A DNA stretch of 64,000 nt from Octopus vulgaris. Its lineage: Eukaryota. The notes below the pieces were generated by a model. That model was not told the origin of the DNA and did no database searches. It was given only the letters and a program-made list of their open reading frames with translations. The stretch is taken from positions 8,432,001 to 8,496,000 of the forward strand of contig OX597829.1 of the NCBI GenBank assembly GCA_951406725.2, given 5' to 3'. The translations under genes and the position numbers were made by a program. Positions 63,250-64,000 of the stretch are shown here, one piece after another; positions within the stretch are counted from its first letter, which is position 1, and the number at the start of each line of letters is the position of its first letter.

Positions 63250-64000
63250 TGATATCAAGATCAAATAATAATCACAACTGCACTAGCGGGACCTCGAAAT
63301 ATTAACGGTGAAGGTGTTGCGCACAACAGGCAAGGGGTGTCTGATCAACTCCAACAGGTTGTCATCAAGTCATAGATCCGGACCAGAATCGAAGTAAAAA
63401 GGGAAAAATGAAAAGAATTAAATGAGAAAAAGCGTTACATTGTAGGATGCTGACTGAGAAGTATGCCAAATAAAAAAGGTTGCACAAAAGGAATGAAGAG
63501 AATATGAGACGAAAAAGAGTTTTTGAAGCATTTGTCAAGCGACTGCTGGGCCAAGCAGGAACAATTCGCATGAACGACTGGGTTACAGGATTAGAGATTA
63601 AAGAAATCCAGTAAAGAATAAAAAAAAAATGAGATAGCAGGGGTAGAAATAGCAGTAGCAGAAAGTGGTATTGAAAGGGTAAGGGATGAAGAATATGAAA
63701 AAGAAGTAAATCACTCCCTAAGATTGCCTGATGAATTAAATAGCGAAGATGATCTTGTTGGATAAGTGACAGTCACTGCTGCACAAGACTTGAATGACGA
63801 AGAAGATATTCTAGAAATTCGGTGAGGTAAAGTGTGTGATGAGAACAATGAAGTACCACCAACTGTAAGGTATATGGATAGAGGAAAAGTAAGGAGAACC
63901 ACAGCCAAAATAATGACGTTTTTAGCTTGATTAGAACAAAAAACATTAGTGAAACAAACCAGCTGATCATAGCTGCTGCTAATGCAGTAGCTGACAAAAT
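63250..64000 (+). pseudogene. Decayed R4/Dong 5' region
   Basis: 63260-63400 is colinear with 8615-8750; runs off the window end. Confidence 0.6.

Overview
Repeat-dense, AT-rich animal genomic DNA. The SINE types and microsatellite load suggest a cephalopod such as octopus, but that is inference. The only host gene found is the 3' part of a fibroblast growth factor gene on the + strand: a canonical 104-nt exon 2 (5766-5869) and a last exon (14921-15520) with an unusually long Thr-rich and Lys/Arg/Cys-rich tail. Exon 1 was not found and probably lies upstream. The rest is (TA)n/(CA)n/(TAA)n microsatellite and mostly decayed retroelements. These include many families of R4/Dong-type RLE LINEs sitting in (TAA)n with strict strand polarity (one near-intact 730-aa RT-CCHC-RLE ORF), Penelope-like fragments, RTE and Tx1/L1 relics, tRNA-derived SINEs and a Tc2-like MITE. 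The most notable items are (i) a ~354-bp, ~1.45-copy tandem unit containing a type I hammerhead ribozyme with an intact core and a long G-U-rich stem, joined to a Penelope RT fragment (non-LTR retrozyme-like); (ii) further degenerate hammerheads; (iii) eight copies of a ~550-bp structured non-coding element without a recognisable Pol III head that uses the Dong (TAA)n target; and (iv) a Ulp1/C48-like protease relic directly upstream of a Penelope ORF start. Most ORFs in the supplied track are microsatellite artefacts. TE boundaries were read by eye and are approximate.
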